From: the human T2T-CHM13v2.0 reference genome, Homo sapiens
Assembly: GCF_009914755.1 (NCBI RefSeq)
Contig: NC_060933.1
DNA length: 64,000 bases
Reading direction: 5' to 3' (one strand)
The notes under the pieces were generated by a model. That model was not told where the DNA came from and did no database searches. It was given only the letters and a program-made list of their open reading frames with translations. The position numbers were made by a program, and so were the translations under genes. Below are positions 61,170 to 64,000 of this stretch, piece after piece. Positions within the stretch are counted from its first letter, which is position 1; the number at the start of each line of letters is the position of its first letter.

Positions 61170-61940
61170 ACTAAGAAGAGAGAATAGGGATCACAAATAT
61201 ATCTTTGAAAAAAATTAAAATTTTCCAAATTTGGTATGAACTGTAAACCCACAGATTTAAAAAGTCATGAAAGCCCAAGCAAAAGAAACATAAAGAAAAA
61301 CCATACAGAAGTATGTCATAATTAAAATGCTCAAGACCGGTGACAGACAGAAAATCTCAGAAGCCAGTGGAGAACAAAAGACACACAATAAACAAACAAA
61401 GATAAGCCAGTGTCTCATGAGAAGCTACGCAAGCATGAGGACAGCTTTAAAGTAGTGAAAGAATAAATCCTTTAGTTTATCTAGAACTCTATACTCACTA
61501 AAAATATCTTTCAAATATGAAGATGCTTTCAGACACAGAAAATCCGAAAGAATTTATCACAAGCAGGCCTGCATAACAGGAAATATTTAACATTCAAAAT
61601 TCAATGTAAAATTCACCATATTAACACACTAAAAGAAGAAATAAAAACATATGATGATCTCAATAGATACAGAAAAGGCATTTGAAAATATCCGACAACT
61701 ATTCCTGATAAAAACTCACAGAAAACTAAGAATAGAGGTAAATTTCGTCAACCTGTTACAGGGAATCTCTGAAAAGCCTGCAGCTTACACATACTTAATG
61801 ATGAATGATTGATTCTTTTTCCCCAAACATAAGAAACAAGATTAAATGTTTGCTCCACCAATCCCATTCAACTTTTACTGGAGATTTGAGCTCTCAGATT
61901 TGAGCCAGTGTTATAAGGAACAAAAGAAATTTTAAAAAAG
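61170..61940 (+). mobile_element. Old L1 ORF1/ORF2 fragments
   Basis: GATCTCAATAGATACAGAAAAGGCATTTGA RT-region motif. Confidence 0.75.
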
Positions 61941-61941
61941 A

Positions 61942-62530
<589 letters not shown>

Positions 62531-62559
62531 GTTATTACCAGCGAACAACTGGATATTTG

Positions 62560-64000
62560 AATTTTTAACAACTTTATTAAGCCGCATTTCAAAAACCATA
62601 CAATTCACCTACTTAAAGTGTACAATTCAACAATATTTAGTATATTCACAGATACACACAACCATCACCATAGAACATTTTTATCATCTGAAAACAAAAC
62701 CCTGTCTCCCTTAGCAATCAACCCACCCTCCCATCCGCCACCCCAAACCCCTAAGTAACCATTAATCTACTGTCTGTCTCAGTCAATTTTCTTGTTCTGG
62801 ACATTTTATATGAATGGAATCATATAATATGTGATCTTTTGTGACTGACTTCTTTCACTTAGTATAATGTTTTCAAGGTTCATCTATGTTGTAACATACA
62901 TCATTCCTTTTTCTGGCTGAATAACATTTCATTGTATGGATTTAATACATTTTGTTTACCCAATCATCAGTTTATGTACATTTGCATTGTTTCCATCTTT
63001 GGCTTATTGTGAACAATGCTGCTATAAACATTAGTGTATGAATTTTTATATGGATATATGCCATTTTTTCTCCTGGGTTTATACCTAGGAATAGAATTGC
63101 TGGTTACCATATGACACAACTATTTACCATATGAAAACTATGCTTAATAGAGTTATTATGTAAAGAATTGCCAGACTGTTTTCCAAAACAGCATCATCTT
63201 ACATTCCTATCAGCAGTTTATGAAGGCTCAGTTTCTCCACATCCCTGCTATCTGATTTTTTTATTCTAGCCATCTTAGTGGGTATGAAGTCATATCACAT
63301 TGTGGTTTTGGTTTGGTTTGGTTTGGTTTCCCTGATGACTAATTATGGTGAGCATCTTTTAATGTTCTTATTATCTATTTGCATACCTTCCTTGAAAAAA
63401 TGCCTACTCAGATCCTTTGCCCATTTAAAATTGGTTTATCTCTTTATGATTGAGTAGTAAGAGCTCATTATGTATTCTAGATATAAGTAATTAGATATAT
63501 AATTTGCAAACATTTTCTATTATTATGTATATATCATATTATCTATCTTTTTACTTTTGTGCTGATGTACTTTGAAGCACAAAATTTTTTAATATTTTTT
63601 CTTTTGTTGCTTATGTTTGGTATTGCACCTAAGAATCCTTTGTTAAATCAAAAGTCATGAAGATCAATCCTTGTGTTTCCTTCTAAGAGTTTTATAGTTT
63701 TAGCTTTTACATTTCAGTTTTTTATTCATTTTGAGTTAGTGTTTTGTAACTTATGCCAGTACCACACTGTCTTGATTATTATTGCTTTGTAGTAAGTTTT
63801 AAAGTTGAGAAGTACAAGTTCTCCTGCTTTGTTCTTTTTCATGATTGTTTTGTTTTGCTTTGTTTTGCTTTGCTTTCAGATTTTTTGCATATCCACATGC
63901 ATTTTAGAATCAACTTGTCAACCTCTACAAATAAATCTGCTTAGGATTCTGATAAGGATTGTGTTAAATTTATAGATCAGTATGAAGAGTATTGCCATAT
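62560..64000 (-). mobile_element. L1MB-like 3' region
   Basis: CATACAATTCACCTACTTAAAGTGTACAATTCA; ATGCCAGTACCACACTGTCTTGATTA. Confidence 0.85.

Overview
Primate (very likely human) non-genic DNA. Most of it is transposable elements: about 30 Alus, old L1M fragments, one younger L1PA, L2/MIR, MaLR/ERV LTRs and DNA transposons, plus many microsatellites. I find no supportable functional protein-coding gene, RNA gene or prokaryote-type system; nearly all listed ORFs are Alu, L1 or simple-repeat artefacts. The one gene-derived feature is a decayed processed PAICS pseudogene (about 51255-55109). Its 3'UTR carries a 5'-truncated L1PA with an apparent short 3' transduction, and an Alu. The most unusual signal is structural: at least seven short (33-300 bp) non-tandem copies of sequence lying 0.7-1.9 kb away, three inverted and four direct, pasted mostly into other repeats at apparent repair junctions. 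One preserves the pre-Alu empty site of its donor. A 1.6-kb direct-repeat-flanked segment of unique DNA plus an LTR also interrupts an old L1 and may be retroposed. Repeat family names and the PAICS comparison come from recalled consensus sequences, and alignments were done by eye; subfamily calls and edges are approximate.
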